Source: an uncultured Actinomycetota bacterium (GTDB lineage: Bacteria; Actinomycetota; Actinomycetes; Mycobacteriales; QHCD01). From it: a stretch of DNA of 64,000 bases. A model generated the notes under the pieces. The model did not search any database. It saw nothing but the letters and a program-made list of their open reading frames with translations, and was not told the DNA's origin. Numbering within the stretch: position 1 is the stretch's first letter; each line of letters begins with the position of its first letter. Shown piece by piece: positions 62,291-64,000 of the stretch. A program made the position numbers and the translations under genes. Location: assembly GCA_963775655.1 (NCBI GenBank), contig CAVZJT010000006.1, forward strand, positions 123,940-187,939, read 5' to 3'.

Positions 62291-63145
62291 CTACGCCGGT
62301 GGGACGACCTGTAGCCGACGCACGGGTGTCTCCGCGAGCCGCCGCCGCGCATCGGTGAGGGCGGGGCCCTCGCGCAGCTTCGGCGGGAGGAGCGCGGTCG
62401 TCGTCCGGAGCACCCGCAGCCCGGCAGCGACGGCGAACCTCGTCGTCGGCAGGCCGGGTAGCCAGTACATCCGGCGGGCCCACCCGGGCAGCGCACCAAG
62501 GGCGAGGCCGGCGACGCCGGCCCAGGCCGGGCGGGCCGGGGTGCCGAACACGACCCAGGTAGGCATGGGCGGCACCAGTACGAACCGCGCCGCCGAGCGG
62601 GCGGCGGGAGTCAACCGCAGCGTCGATCGCATGTCGGCGAGGTAGGACGCGAGGTCGCCGGCGGTCCGCGGCACCATGTCCACCGGCACACCGACGAGTT
62701 CGGCCGAGCGCACCTGCTCGGCGACGTAGCGGTCGGCGTCGCGGGCGTTGGGGCCGACGCCGGCGAGCCGGGCCGTCGCGAGCGTCGAGTCGACCTCCGC
62801 GCAGTGCACCCACAGCAGCAGATCAGGCTCGTCGAGGCGGAAAACTCGTCCGGTGTCGGGATCGACGGCGGTGAGGCTGCGGTGGATCCGGCGTACCCGG
62901 GCCGCCGCCTGCTCGGCGTCGGCGACGGTGCCGAAGGCCGTGACGGCGAGGTATTCGCTGGTGCGCTGCAGCCTGCCCCACGGGTCGGTGGTGAACCCGT
63001 CGTGCGCGGCGACGCCGGCGATCGCCCGCGGATGCAGTGCCTGCAGCAGCAGAGCGCGCAGACCGCCGACGAAGAACACCACCGGATCGGCATGCAGGCG
63101 CCACGTCACCGAGTCCGGACCGAAGAAGCCGAGGTCGGAGGTCAT
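62291..63145 (-). CDS. Oxygenase MpaB / DUF2236 family protein
   Basis: FGPDSVTWR.H, GG.RALLLQALHP...AGV..H, V.RIH, LL.WVH. Confidence 0.9.
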   Translation of the reverse strand: MTSDLGFFGPDSVTWRLHADPVVFFVGGLRALLLQALHPRAIAGVAAHDGFTTDPWGRLQRTSEYLAVTAFGTVADAEQAAARVRRIHRSLTAVDPDTGRVFRLDEPDLLLWVHCAEVDSTLATARLAGVGPNARDADRYVAEQVRSAELVGVPVDMVPRTAGDLASYLADMRSTLRLTPAARSAARFVLVPPMPTWVVFGTPARPAWAGVAGLALGALPGWARRMYWLPGLPTTRFAVAAGLRVLRTTTALLPPKLREGPALTDARRRLAETPVRRLQVVPPA

Positions 63146-63195
63146 GATCGTCGAGCGTCGCATACACCGGATGGGTCGGCGACTCGGGCGGACGG

Positions 63196-64000
63196 TCAGT
63201 CGTGTTCGTCCACTGTGGACCAGAAGTCGAGCAGGATCCGGGCCGTCTCGTCCGGGTTCTCCACCGCGGGGGAGTGCTGCGCAGCGGGGATCGCGACGAA
63301 TTCGGCCCCGAGCCGGTGCGCCATCTCCTCCTGGACAGCCGGTGACCACGCGTCGTCCTCCACGCCGCAGGCGACGAGCAGCGGAACTCCCGCCGCGGCG
63401 AGTTGGTCGACCCGGTCCGGCTCGCGGCGCAACGCGTCGGCCATCCCCTTCAGGCCGGCCGCCGAGGAGGCGAGGAACCGGCGCTTGAGGAAGTCGCGGA
63501 GGTCGACCGGTGTCGCCAGCCACCGCGGGTCGTTGGACTCGGCCGCTTCGATGGCGGCGTAGACCGCGGGCAGGCCACCGCTGTCGAGGACCGGTTCGAG
63601 TGCCTCGAGCCGCGCCCGGCGTTCACCCACCGCCGCCGCGGGACCCGAGTCGAGCAGCACGTACGACGACACCGTCGACGGCGCCGCCAGCACTGCCGCC
63701 CGCCCGACCAGGCCGCCGAAGGAGTGGCCGAGCAGGTGCGGCCGGGCGTGCAGGTCGGCGATCACCGCGGCGACGTCGGCGGCCAGGACATCCATGCCGT
63801 ACGCCGCCGGATCGTCCGGACCGGGGGACTCGTACTGGCCAGGCAGGTCGATCGCGACCGTACGCCGGCCCGCTGCGGCCAGCCGGTCGAGCAGCGGGGC
63901 GAAGTCTTCCTTGCTGCCGGTGAAGCCGGGCACGAGCAGCACCGGTGTCCGCTGACCGGGTCCGGTGTCCAGGACGGCGACCGGGCCGGAGGGGGTGCGG
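63196..64000 (-). CDS. Alpha/beta hydrolase (5' end beyond window)
   Basis: PGFTGSKEDF, GHSFGG, G.EDDAW, HSPAVENP; the frame stays open to the window edge. Confidence 0.9.
   Translation of the reverse strand, partial: RTPSGPVAVLDTGPGQRTPVLLVPGFTGSKEDFAPLLDRLAAAGRRTVAIDLPGQYESPGPDDPAAYGMDVLAADVAAVIADLHARPHLLGHSFGGLVGRAAVLAAPSTVSSYVLLDSGPAAAVGERRARLEALEPVLDSGGLPAVYAAIEAAESNDPRWLATPVDLRDFLKRRFLASSAAGLKGMADALRREPDRVDQLAAAGVPLLVACGVEDDAWSPAVQEEMAHRLGAEFVAIPAAQHSPAVENPDETARILLDFWSTVDEHD

Noticed and set aside
63208-63220. GTCCAC-T-GTGGAC palindrome upstream of the MpaB-like gene
   Set aside because: It lies in the hydrolase coding end and has no -10 hexamer at the 45-nt offset.

Overview
A high-GC Actinomycetota chromosomal segment with no rRNA, tRNA, CRISPR array or intact mobile element that I could recognise. 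The left third is the conserved actinobacterial core block cofE/cofD-whiB-manB-manA-ahcY-mtrAB-lpqB-comF-hpf-secA. It is unusual in carrying a MerR-family gene coupled to two different-lineage ahcY genes in tandem. The middle holds the secA-adjacent Rv3235/LysM/Xis-HTH/SAF/CpaE-like cluster, lipid and sugar genes, and an FHA-FtsK (EccC/EssC-like) ATPase plus a WXG100 gene separated by kynA. The right part is accessory: a LacI/rhamnose isomerase region, small stress and detox genes, phospholipase C, an RsgA-family GTPase and gene remnants. The most striking observation is a candidate regulon. The motif (G)TCCACAG starts exactly 45 nt upstream of a YAnnnT -10 hexamer at five promoters: comF, the Xis-like HTH gene, the SAF/CpaE-like operon, the FHA-FtsK gene, and the WXG100 gene (this last promoter is embedded in kynA). 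This would link competence/Tad-like genes to a minimal type VII-like secretion module. Other notable items are a four-hairpin REPIN-like element with covarying stems, a Ser-x-x repeat protein, PafBC-, WhiB7-, MerR- and LacI-type promoter signatures, and four single-C frameshifts that are probably sequencing artefacts. All calls come from manual reading of the sequence; no database searches were run.
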